Origin: Entomortierella parvispora E1425 | Taxonomy: Eukaryota > Fungi > Mortierellomycota | Direction of reading: 5' to 3' | NCBI GenBank assembly: GCA_020891255.1 | Contig: BQFW01000015.1 | Location: forward strand, 1,674,001-1,738,000 | DNA: 64,000 bases | Shown: piece after piece, positions 1 through 12,050 of the stretch | Layout: the number at the start of each line of letters is the position of its first letter | How positions within the stretch are numbered: the first letter of the stretch is position 1 | Notes under the pieces: model-generated | Database searches by the model: none | The model's input: only the letters and a program-made list of their open reading frames with translations | Told to the model about the DNA's origin: nothing | Program-made: the position numbers and the translations under genes

Positions 1-3000
1 GATCGTTTGGTGGCCCAGGAGTGCCAGTATGTGACATGTTTTATGAATACCCTGTCAGCCGACCGTGAATGGATGACTTGCTAACGTTGACTTTCTTTTT
101 CTGTAGCAACTGTCAACCGTGGCGTTAATGGGCTCCGCACCAAGAATTCTGGATCTGGATCTGCCTCCTCCCCCCATCAACCTTCCAGCAAACGTAAGGA
201 CCTGTCAACATTCATAAAACAAAAAAGGGCATCCGATATGGAGCAGTATCGAAGGTCAAAGGTTGCTTGGCGACTAATCATTCGTTCATCCTTGACTGTT
301 TCTTATAGGCATCGATCACCCAGTCTCCACATGCCAACTGCGACCCATCGTACAAGAGATCAACCCTGAATGCCATCCCCGCCACCTCTCAGCTCTTGTC
401 AAAGTCGCGTCTGCCTTTTGGACTCGTTATCACCCCCTATCGCAGTGTCAAGGAAGGAGATGTAAATCCCTCGATATTCGACTAAGACTATTGCGCTATG
501 TCAGTAGATACAGGAACTAATATTCATTCTCGCGTTTACCCCAATTTTTTAGGAACCGGTCCCGGTCGTGTCAGACTCAATCATTGCCCGGTGCAGGAGA
601 TGCAGAACTTACATCAATCCATATGTAAAGTTTGTGGAAGGAGGTCAGCGTTGGAAGTGCAACATGTGCTACACGCTGAACGAAGGTAAAATAAGCTACC
701 TGCTGTATCTGCATGTAGATTCGTTGATGTGACGCTAACTGCTTTTTTTTTTTTTTTGACTCTACCTGGTCACAGTTCCATCTTCGTTTGACTACGACTC
801 TCAGACGCAACAACCCGTGGATCGCTGGCAGCGCAAGGAGCTCAACCACGCGGTTGTGGAGTACATTGCCCCTACAGAATACATGGTCCGCCCTCCTCAA
901 CCTTTGGTGTACATGATTTTGATTGATGTCTCTTACCCCGCCATCCAGTGTGGCATGGTGGCCACAGCAGCTACTACGATTCTGGAGTCTCTGGACAGGA
1001 TACCGAATGACGAGGGCAGGACCAAGATCGGAATTATTACTGTGGACAGCTCTATTCACTTTTATAACCTCAATGTAAGCGTCCACTCTAGTCTTCTTTT
1101 CTGGGCTTCCAACCTCGGAGACAAACGCAGCTACTTATTCTCTGCATTGTTGATCAATAACATAGACCGCCTCTGGAGAACCCCAGATGCTTGTGGTGTC
1201 GGACCTGGAAGAGCCTTACCTTCCTCAACCCGAGGATCTGTTGTGCAACCTCAGTGAATGTCGCCCAACGCTCGAAACCCTCTTGAACAGACTCCATGAC
1301 ATGTTCAAGGATACACAGAATGTCGGCAATGCTCTTGGCCCAGCTCTGCAATCGGCCTACAAACTTATTTCCCCCATTGGCGGCAAAATTCTTTGCTTGC
1401 AGTCAAGCTTGCCTAACTTGGAAGGTGGTGCGCTCAAGGTGCGCGAGGATCCGAAGCTCCTCGGAACTTCAAAGGAATCCACACTTTTGCAGTCTGGCTC
1501 ATCTTTCTATAAGAACTTTGCTGTGGACTGTTCAAAATCCCAAGTGTGTGTGGACATGTTCCTTTTTGGATCACAGTACTCCGATGTGGCCACTCTGAGT
1601 AAGCTCTCTTTTTGGTTCCACTGCGATGTGGTATTGTTTGTCAAGGACAGCACTGACTTTACGGCCCTTTCTTTCTCCCCTATGCGATAGGTTGCCTTCC
1701 TCGATTTACTGGCGGAAGTACTTTCTTCTACCCAGCATTTACAGCAGCAAAGTCAGAAGATGCCCTCAAATTTGCTCACGAACTGGCAGAGTTCTTGTCC
1801 CAGAGGATCGCTCTCGAGGCAGTCATGAGAGTTCGCGCCTCCAAGGGATTGCGCATGTCAGCATTCTATGGCAACTTCTTTGTTCGGTCCACAGACCTTC
1901 TTTCATTGCCCAATGTCCCTCGCGACCAGTCTTATTCGATTGAGATCAGTTTTGACGAAAACCTGAACATTCCTGTTGTCTGCTTCCAGACTGCGCTTTT
2001 GCATACGTCTTCCTCAGGTATACTTCAATTTTACTTGCATGTGTAAGGCTCCCTCATTGAAAAGATTGCTTGTGAAAGAAACTGACTGTCACTTTTTTCA
2101 ATAGGTGAACGTCGTATCCGTGTTTTGACGCTGGCTGTCCCTGTCACGACCAGTCTTTCGGAGCTTTACATGTCTGCAGACCAAGTTGCTATTGCCACGT
2201 TGTTGTCCTGCAAGGCTGTGGAACGTGGCATGAATTCTAAGTTGGATGATGCTCGCGATGCTTTGACCAACAAATGCGTGGATATTCTCGGTGTCTACAA
2301 GACCCACATGACTGCCTCGTCATCAGGCGCCACTCCCAACCTGCAGATCTGCGACAACCTCAAGTTGTTGCCGCTGCTTACTTTGGGCATGCTGAAGCAT
2401 GTAAGTCATTTTAAACTCGTTTTCTGCCTAGTGCACTTGTTGAAAGGCTTGGCTTCTTACTTTGACAATATTTTTGATTCTACGAATAGGTTGCGCTCCG
2501 TGGTGGTTCTCAAATTCCTTCGGATCTCCGATCGTATGCCATGCACTTGCTATCGACTCTGCCTTCCCAGTGCTTGATTCCCTTCCTCCACCCCAGGTTC
2601 TACTCCCTTCATAATATGCCAGAGAACTGTGGCACCATTGGTACAGATGGAATCCAGATGCCTCAGACCATGAACCTGAGTAGTGAGCGACTCGAGCGGG
2701 GAGGGCTTTTTATGTTGGAGGATGGCCAGAATATCTTTTTGTGGGTGGGTCGTGATGCGGTTCCTCAACTGTGCATGGACCTGTTTGGCGTGCCCAATTA
2801 TGAAAGCATCCGAGGCGGAAAGGTAATGTCGACTTTTTTTCTTTCATCGTTTGATAACGATTCCTATTCCTTGAACATTCGCTCTTCCAACCTTTGACCA
2901 ATGGAACTGACCCATTAACGATATCCCTATCTTTTTCAACCAGACCACCTTGCCAACATTGGACAGTGACTTTAACCAACGTGTTAACCTTATTGTGGGC

Positions 3001-3274
3001 AAGACACGCGAGATGCGCCGTTCGTCGTACTACCCTCAACTCTATGTGATCAAGGAGGATGGCGATGCAGCTCTTCGCCTCTGGTTCTTGAGCCATTTGA
3101 TTGAGGATCGTGCGGAACCCATTATGAGCTACTACCAGTACTTGGGCCATCTTAAGGATAGGGTACGTGAGGTTGCAACGAATATGGATGGTTACATTTC
3201 AAAAAAGAAGACCTTGTTCCTAACTTTCTTTGTACTTTTATTCCATTCAACAGGTCAACAGCGGATCGTTTTAA
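1..3274 (+). CDS. SEC24: COPII coat cargo adaptor Sec24 (5'-partial, multi-exon)
   Basis: Spliced exons give the zinc finger ([11 protein letters not shown]...WKCNMC), trunk/vWA ([21 protein letters not shown]), beta-sandwich ([21 protein letters not shown]) and gelsolin-like ([14 protein letters not shown]) segments; the last exon ends VNSGSF-TAA at 3272-3274. Confidence 0.95.
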
Positions 3275-3479
3275 AAGCTGCCCTCAAGACGAGTGGGATA
3301 CTACAAACAAAAATGAAAGAGAGATATTAAAAACACACAATAACAAAAAAAAAAAGGGGGGGGGGGGGGCGCGTGCTCCTCCAATTGCCACAGGCGAGGA
3401 CATTTTTCAAGCCTGCACCAGAACTTTCTCTGAACATGTTCTTCCCTCCTGCCTTTTTTTTTCCTCATCTCCAAAGAAA

Positions 3480-4252
3480 ATGACCCATTCCATCGCAATC
3501 GACAACCATCCGAGCTTTGTCTACGGCTCTTTGAGAGACCCCAGAGTGTTGAACTCTGTGACTCGCCCGGGACCTGAGGCCAATGTCTGCACTGTCAGAG
3601 GATTGATTCATGTACAGCGCTTCTTGCATGATGTTTTTCTTTTTTTTTTTTTGGACGCCGCCAATTTTCTTTTTTTTTTCAGGCACCAAAATCTGACGTG
3701 ATGGTGGTTTTTATCTTTTTTTTTTTTTTTTTTTTTTTTTTCCTCTGTTGAGCAGGGGTTTACTCGTCACCCTTATCACAATGAGCCTTACCCAGGGATG
3801 ATTGCCTCCGAGGACAAGACCCAGACGGTCGACGGTCTCTTGCTCTTTGGTCTCACTATAATGGATCGTTTCCGCCTCGACCAGTTTGAAGGATCGGTAA
3901 GGAAGAGCACTTACCATGAGGAAGGGGAAAACAAAGTGGGGATCTGAAAACTCTTGAATGCAACTATGACAGCCTAAACAGGCTTTTTTTTTTTTTTTTT
4001 CAACTGATTGGGATATAGGAATACACCCGTGAAGTTCTCTCCGTTCAAGTCCTCGATCCAGTTACGGCAGAATACAATCCTTCAGGGCCTCTGAAGGAGG
4101 GCGATATGGTCACGGCCTATGTTTATGTTTTCACAGGACCAGTGGAGCACTTGGACCGAACGAGATCCTGGGATTACGAGGCTTTCCAACGCGAGCAGGT
4201 TGCAAAGTGGATTGAGAACGACTCGCACCTTGTCGAAGGAGATGATGCGTAG
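3480..4252 (+). CDS. Gamma-glutamylcyclotransferase/AIG2-like protein (paralog 1, 3 exons)
   Basis: FVYGSL motif; spliced reading ...GLIH|GFTRHPYHNEPYPGM...LDQFEGS|EYTREV...WIENDSHLVEGDDA*. Confidence 0.85.
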
Positions 4253-4311
4253 AGCAGACAACGAAGCGAAACAAATACAAGTATAAAGCTGTCGAAAGGT
4301 CCTTCACCCGC

Positions 4312-7265
4312 TTACAGGGTTTGGAAACACTTTAATATTGGCTCCCTCAACAGAGGCCGAACACTTTCGTCACACTTTACAATCGTCTCATCCTCCCGAA
4401 CAATGATACAGGACCGCCGTCCAGCAAGCTCAAATTCGACCTTGATTTCTGGTAACGTAGAGCCGGTCTCATCTTTGTCAGGCCCTGATTCTGTCACTTC
4501 TGGATCTACAACACCAATCTGAATCCAAGAAAAAAAGAAAAAAAGAAAAAAAAAGGAAAATGTTAAAACTGGGCATCAGTCCAATACGGGCTGTACGTTT
4601 GCACTCAAACGTAGAGTCAAAGGACTTACAGCGACAAGACCTGCAAGGAGGTTTTGAAGATTCATCACACCGCGAAGCTGTCTTTGGGTATAGAGGGCTA
4701 AGACCTGGCGACCTGTGACTGATGCCGGCTCGAGCTGCATCTGGTTGTTGTAAATTGAGAGGGATCCTGCTACAGCTGCATACGAGGTGTTGCCAAATGC
4801 CTGGGGATAAATGCCCTTAGCAAGCTATTAAAGGCGAGCGATATACAGAGGAATCAGTTAGGATATGGAGAGATTGGGACTGTGCGGATCAAACTGCTCG
4901 AATGTAGTCTACCTCTTCTGACAAGAGGACAGTCTCGTAGAGGGATCCCATGTCCAACTGGATCGACTCGCCGACTTTGTAGGACGACCATCGGATAGCC
5001 GACGTTGAAGTTGTTCCTTTTGCATCGGAAAGCTCCGCTGTTCCATCCGCGAGGGTGGAAGAAGTTGCACTGCGCGGTACGAGGACATGTTTGGCGTGTC
5101 TGTACTTGTTCATAACCTCCACGAGTTGATCAATAGAAAGCCGAATGTCCAGTGGGCATATGCTTTGACTGATCTCAAGGCCCTCGTATGGCTCAAGACT
5201 CGCCGGCACATCGACTCTTGGTTCTATTGTTTCCAACCATTAAAGTTAGTGACAAAGAACGACTCTCAAAACGTTGTTAGGTTCACAATACAAGGATTTC
5301 TTACCAATAAAGATGATTGAATTATTGGAGTTCCTGCCCCACATGTGTAAAAGATTCACCATTGGTCCAGACCTTAAGGTTGGATGACCACCAAATACAA
5401 TACAAGGATGCTTCAAATCGGATGAAAATGCACCATGGACACTCTTGTAGTTCTTTGCAGCCCCTTTTTCCAGCAGTAGTCCATGAAGCAATGGAGCCTC
5501 GGGCAAGTAAACCATTTCTTGCTTACGGGGGGCCATCCTAGAATAGCAAAACCACAATCAGAAACGCGTTGATCTTCGCGGTGAGAACACTGAGACCACG
5601 CTGCTAGTCTTTGAAATCATTTCAAGCTTACCACTCCGCCAAAATGTTGGAGTACTGTAGTGCCGTATCGGCAACAGGAGAGACAAAACTATACTGGACC
5701 TGTGATACCAAGCCCATCCTATTTAGATGCAGATGAATATCCTCCAGAAGATCAAAGAGAAAACCGGATATAGTGCAGGGAATTAGAACATGGCCCTTCC
5801 GGGCAATGGTCCGTGCAACGTTGGCGCAAATATCGTTCATGCCACTGTCATAAGTGGTGCTTCCTTTTGGACAGAGATCTGCAGCAACGACTGTACTGGC
5901 GTGTTCCAGAAGCGTTCCATCAAATAAATCCGGGTGTAGGTTGCTTTGAGTGGAAGACGAAGACACAAAAGCAATCTGTTGGTACATTCCAAAGGGAAGG
6001 TTAGTTTTTGCAAGCAAAGCTGTGGTCATGGCTAGGGCGTGTTCATCATGTCGACGTTACATTTTCAGTCCCAATCTGCACAAGCCAATTGGAACTACCA
6101 AGGCAATATCCTGCACTGTGCGCGGTCAACTTGAGCGATCCATAGAGGGTCTACATGAGAAGTATTTAACGCGTGAGTAGACGAAATAAAAGATCGACGA
6201 TTTTCAAGTGCCTTAAAGATATGTCACTTACAATATGCTCTCTGAACCGCACGGCCTGGATCTTGTCAATGCATGCTTTGATGTCTGCCAGCGTATAGGC
6301 AGGGTAAAGACCTGCTCCTGATCGCGCCACCAATTTTTTCCTGTCAATAGCCTCGTGTGGGCTGGATGCAACTGCTGTGCCAAAAAACGACACAAACTCT
6401 GTCATAAGCTGTCTAGTTGGTCCACGAGGTCATGTTAGTATCGATATAGATGGCAATAGGGTGTGCAAATTGATCACCTCACAAATTATATGTTGGCGTA
6501 TAGTAAGGTACCTTCCAAATTCAATTGTTGGCTCTGTGGCAAAGATCCTCCCTTGAAAGTCTGTGAACTCTGTGAGATAGGGTAGGGCGAGGATATGGTT
6601 GTAGTTGGAGATAAGAACGACGTCGATAGACTTCAGATCAATACCAGAAAAATCTGGAAGTTTGAACATGTAGTCGCGAGAGGCAGTTGGAGAGGTTCCT
6701 TTCGCTGAAGGTGAATTTGCTGATGCTGATGCTGATCCTGCTCCGGACCCGGACCCTGAGCCCAATCCTGACTCTCCTTCCAGTCGGGTTTCTGGAACCC
6801 CGGCGCCATCTCCTGTGCGTGCCTTTTTCTTGTTTGGCTGGAATGAGGCGGTGCTGGACTTTAGGAAAGAAGCCCAGTCCTGGCGAAGATCTGTCTGCTC
6901 TGCGTTGGATACTGTGGAATTGGGCCGTTTGTTATTGGTGGCGTTTGTCTGCTTCGACGTTGTGGCGGTAACGGCGGCAAGCTCGGCCACATTCTTGTGC
7001 GTCTCGGTCAGTCCGCCCTCCCGCACCGGCATTGCATAGAGCTGCTCCTGTCCCAGACCACAGTCGAGCAGGATCAGCATCTGCCTGAGCTTGAGGGCCA
7101 TGCAGTTAGGCTCGCCATCAGGAAGTAATGAAGTCTAACGCAAATGCCAGGGCACGCGTGAATTGAATGAATGCAGTCAAGTCAGTCATATTGTCCTTGA
7201 TCAGGCAATGAGCAGTTCATCAAAAAGACAAAAGACACGGGAAGGGGTGCGCTTACTAATCGCAT
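4312..7265 (-). CDS. INTS9: Integrator complex subunit 9 (inactive MBL/beta-CASP protein)
   Basis: 9-nt first exon MRL (ATG 7265) spliced to TSLLPDGEPNCMALKLRQMLILLDCGL; DVVLISNYNHILALPYLTE, ATEPT, HSAGYCLGSSNW, EW..RKQEMVYLPEAP, PCIVFGGHPTLRSG and CPLDIRL are INTS9-type motifs. Confidence 0.88.
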
Positions 7266-7874
7266 GTGCCTGTTTCGATTGGGTCAAAGGATCGATCCAG
7301 AAGAGGGAAAAGAGGAAATGGACGAATGAACGCGCGAAGACTGCAAGAGGCACCAAGCGTGTCCCCGTGACCTGGGATGGATCAATCCTGCCCACTGCCG
7401 TGACACGTCGAAATCGAATCGAATTGAATCATCGGGCCAAGGAGGAGGAGGACCCTCTTCTCGAGTGCAGTGTATGTGCAGCCATGTAGAGAAGAAGTGT
7501 GCCCTGGTCCTGTTTGTCCCCTGGTGGTGTGCCAATGTCAGTGTGCAATTTTTTTTTCTTTTTCTTTCCTCGCCTTTCCTTCCTCTTCAAACATTCCCTT
7601 TGTTCTGTTCTTCGACTTGCTTGTCTCTTCCTGACTCTTTCCTGACTTTTTCCTGCCCTCCCTCTTCCTTCACTTGTCTTCTCTTCCCTTCCCTTGACCT
7701 TTTATATCTGAACGAACATTTCAAAGAAAAAAGAAAAAAAAAAAAAAAAAAAAAAGGAAAACGACTCCGCAACGCACCACCTCCTCCCCTCCTCTCCCTC
7801 CTCTCCCTCCTCTTCCTCCTCTTCCTCCTCTTTCCCTCCACCATCCACCTTTCCCCCATTCAACGCCTTCACCA

Positions 7875-10493
7875 ATGGGTCAGAGCAACTCAACGCCCTC
7901 CTCCTCCTCTCCGCATTCAAACAGCAATTCCTCTTCCTCGGCTCTAGGCCGCTCGTCCAGGCGTGCAGCCAACAACTCTCCTTCTGCTGCTTCGCCTTCT
8001 ACTTTGCCCCACTCTTCCTCCTCCACTTCCACACGACCCCTCATGAACTCCTCCTCCTCTTCCTCCAACCCAGGCCGCTCACCGCAGCAGCAACAACAGC
8101 AACCGCAACAACAATCCTCGTCGTCCTCCAGAGTCCTGCGAGCTACGACCGAGCGTCGACGACGTGCAAACCTCTTCTCGTCCTTTTACCCATTGCTCTC
8201 TCGAGGGTCGTCTTCGAATGCCAGTCAGTCTGCTCAGGAATCACCCAACCCTGCCCAGAGCACAAGCACAAACACCCCGACTAGCGTCTCTCGCAGCAAC
8301 AGCCCCCGAGTCAATGGTGATGTCCATGTCCATGTGAATGCCACTCAGCGTCCAGACCGCCCTCCTTCCCGGACAGGCAATCCCCCGTCTCGGGCCTCGA
8401 CTCGGTCTCCAGCCCTGCAAGCACAGAGTCCATCCTCGTCGAGCCCGTCCGCCGCGCCCACCGGTCGTACGCCCCGCGGCCTATCAAGAGTGCAACGCAT
8501 GTATGACGAACAGTCGATCCGAAGCACGCGCAGCTCCAGTCGAGCCTCCAGCCTGATTGCTGTGACTCCACCCGCCAGCGCTCCTACCACGGTCCAGGCC
8601 TCAGCTGCTGCATCAGAGCCCATGGATGTTGATCTCGAGTCGGTTGGCCAGCCTGCTCGTCTGCCTCTGCCCCCTCAAAATAGCCATCTTCTCCCTCTTC
8701 CACACGACTTACACCCTACCAGTGCTGCTGCTGTCGACCATTCGCAGATTCCCCAACAGGAACCCAACACGGGCGCACCCTACTACGTCGCTACTCGAAC
8801 CCGATCAAGATCAAGGGCGACCGCCGCAAGCATCGCCTCGGGATCCGACAACATGTCTCTGTATACTGGCCTCTCAAACCCTAGGGGCGGCACCTCCATC
8901 TCCTCGAGTCTTCTCCCTATCCGCCCGGATTCTGACGATGACATGGATGACCTCGATATGGAGCAAGATGCGCCATCTCATGGACACTCTCCAAGAACAA
9001 GGGGCATTGGTGCCGACCTGGTTGCGGATTTGATCCGTCGACAATTGGACCAATCTTTGGCCGAAAGTGGCCACTATCCTGCACAGTCTGAGAATGAGAA
9101 TCATGTACATACACCGTCTCTGTCCGCCCGCTCTCCTGCTGCCGATGATGCCCAATCTGCTTCCTCTGAGGATCGAAACCCCCCTTCAGCACACCGACGC
9201 CGACTGCGCTCCTCGAGCATGCGGGGACTTCTTGGATTCCAGCCCACAGACACACTGGCGGCCGAAGAGAGATCAGAAGAAACAGAGACCACGCCTTCGG
9301 AGGGCTCAACTGACACGCGCGCTGAAAGCAACTCTGCCGAAGGAGGACGCCAAACCATGTCGGAGGAGCAATTCGAATTCATGCTGGGTTTCCCGTTCTT
9401 GACCCGCCTACTCGCCAGCAGTCGCCTGCGTCCAGAAAGCCCCAGCACCCCCACAGCAGAAACTGCAACATCAGAAGGAACCTCAGAGACCAGCGACTCT
9501 ACAGGCGCTGCTGCTCCCACGGCAACTCCTGCCGACGAAACCAACTCACCCTCCATTGAACCCAACTCGAGTCCGAGACCACGACGCCACAATGCCACCA
9601 TCCGCTTTATTCAGATTGGCGGGGGCATTGGTCATCGACACCGCCAGCCAGGCACCAACAGAGATGGTACAGCTGGCAGAAATGAAGGCGAGGAGGTGGG
9701 CGAGGCTATTATTATGTATCTGAGTGGACCCAGCACGGATAGCCCCAATCCAGCCTCCGAATCTGGGGACTCTGCCACTGCAGGATCAGAAGAGTCCACA
9801 GAATCTGACCGTCCTCGGCCACGCACTCGATCACCCTGGATCATTTTGACACTATCTGGACCATGTAAGGATGTTGTCGTCATTTGTGCATTTTGTGAGA
9901 TACAATGTGACCCCCCCCCCCCAAAAAAAATGTAAATTAACCAGATTGTTCGTCTTGCTCTTTTGTGTTCCCAATAGATCTCAGCAACTTGATGTCTGCG
10001 GGCGCGGACAACGAGGGTGGTGTGAGCTATGATGATCTCTGGATGCTCTCTAATCTCATTGGACCTGCTCGACCCATTACTACTACTCAGGAAGCTATCG
10101 ATCGCGCAGGCTTTGCAGTCGGACGATTTGAACAGGACTATCAAGGCATTAAGGATGTGGTCACTCTCGGCGATGGCTCTAGATGTTTGGTCTGTATGAG
10201 CGAATATGAAGAAGGGGAGGACATGCGTGCACTAAAGTGCAAACACGGATTCCACCAAGAGTGTATTGACAAGGTATGGACTCAATCAACTTGTCAAAGT
10301 TTTTTTTTCATCTAGAGCTATGATGTGTTTTGATATGAGGATCGTAACTAAACTTCTCTTTCTGCGTTTCTGCTAATAGTGGCTCACAACTGGTGCCAAC
10401 AAATGTCCAGTGTGTAGGGCTGCCGCTGTGGTGTCGGAACCACCTTCAGTTGAACCTGAAGTTACCGTGAATCCATCTTTGAACGAAGAGTAG
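7875..10493 (+). CDS. RING-H2 E3 ubiquitin ligase with a long Ser/Pro-rich disordered N-terminus
   Basis: C-terminal CLVCMSEYEEGEDMRALKCKHGFHQECIDK|WLTTGANKCPVCR across an intron; N-terminus MGQSNS. Confidence 0.85.
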
Positions 10494-10889
10494 AAAAAAA
10501 AAAAAAAAAAAAAAAGGGATCAAATGACTGACGCGCGCGCGAGAGAACAATACTCTGAGAAGAACAAACCCTTCGGAAGCCTCCCTCTCAAAACTCAACT
10601 TCACCCATCCACACTCACTTCAAATTTCGGCATCGCTCCCCCATTTGTACCATATCATTTTGCACAGTTTTTTGTAACCCCACCCCCTACCCCCACCTAC
10701 CATCACCTGTACTTTTTCCCGCATTCTTTCAGAACAAAATAAAAAATAAAAAAATTTAAAAGAACAGAATATCCTCTGGTGTTTTTATTCGCTTTCAATG
10801 CTGCAGGCAGGCAACCATGTGTCCATACAAAAAATTGAAGGGAACAAGAGGATAACAGGGAAACACATGAAGAAAAGAAAATCACAGGT

Positions 10890-11615
10890 CTAGTCGGTCC
10901 GGGCAACCATCGCGGCAAAGTGGGAGCCCTTCATGACCCAATTGTCCAGATGGTTTTTCTTGAACTCTTCAAAGTCCCAGGCCCGGGTCCGATCCAGATG
11001 AATGAGTGGACCTGTGAAGGTATAAACGTACGCTTGCAAGGTGCTTCCTGGGGTATAATCCTCTTGGGGTCCCAAAATCGGATGACCTTTCAAAAGGGTC
11101 CATTCGGCGGGGACAGTTTCGAGCGTCGTGACAGTCAAGGTCGAGCGCGGGTATTCTGCACCCTCGAATTGATCCAGACGATACCGGTCTTGGTCAGAAA
11201 GTCCAAAGATCAAGAGACCATCGACAGTTGCCTCGGGGTCTTCGGAGGCAATCATTCCAGGGAACGGCTCGTTGTAGTAAGGATAGCGGACATAGCCCTG
11301 GACAGAGAAAGAGTAGAAAAAGAGCAGACGTTTTTTAGATCCGAAAAGACGGTGAAGAGATTTCGCCAATGGTATTTTGTTTGTGGGCGAGGATATAGAA
11401 GCATAGACTAGCTGGAAATGGTCAATTGTGAGATTAATCCCTTTCAATACCTTGATGGACGCCTTCACGACAAAGATCCTGGAGTCAAGGGCTGATCTGG
11501 TTACAGTGTCTCGTACTTTAGCGTCCATCAGGGACCCATAAACGAAGCACGGATGAGCATTGACTCCCTGGTTGTGGTTGACAGGGACAATGGTATCAGG
11601 AACAGGGATGACCAT
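10890..11615 (-). CDS. Gamma-glutamylcyclotransferase/AIG2-like protein (paralog 2, 2 exons; intron 11298-11450)
   Basis: HPCFVYGSLMD...ASIK|GYVRYPYYNEPFPGMIASED...LDQFEGAEY; clearly homologous to the gene at 3480-4252. Confidence 0.85.
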   Translation of the reverse strand: MVIPVPDTIVPVNHNQGVNAHPCFVYGSLMDAKVRDTVTRSALDSRIFVVKASIKVLKGINLTIDHFQLVYASISSPTNKIPLAKSLHRLFGSKKRLLFFYSFSVQGYVRYPYYNEPFPGMIASEDPEATVDGLLIFGLSDQDRYRLDQFEGAEYPRSTLTVTTLETVPAEWTLLKGHPILGPQEDYTPGSTLQAYVYTFTGPLIHLDRTRAWDFEEFKKNHLDNWVMKGSHFAAMVARTD

Positions 11616-12050
11616 AGTGGGAAGTACAATAACTCTTGTGTTGCTATAATCAAGAGAGGCTTTTGGATCTTGGAAGTTGGAGGTTGAAAGAAAGGAAGCA
11701 AAAGGAAGGGAAAGACAATGAAAATGAGGTGGATGCCCTCTCCTTCCCTTCTGTTTCTCTCTCTGAAAGAAATCTGGCCATGCCTTGTTCTTTTATACCT
11801 GGGGAACACGCAGACTGAGTCAGGGTGAATCGAACAGCTTGTTCCTTCCTTTCTACTCATTCTTTCCCACAGTCCGCCGTGTTGACTTGACCATGACACC
11901 AATTGCTCTCGTGGCCACCGCAGCTCGGCGTCGCCCTGAACCTTGTTCAGCGCCACCAAACTTGTACTTTTTTTTTTCTTTCTTTATGATACATGTACAA
12001 GGAAGAGGTCGATAGTTGACCAATGTCTAATATCTAGAGTGATCTGGCGT

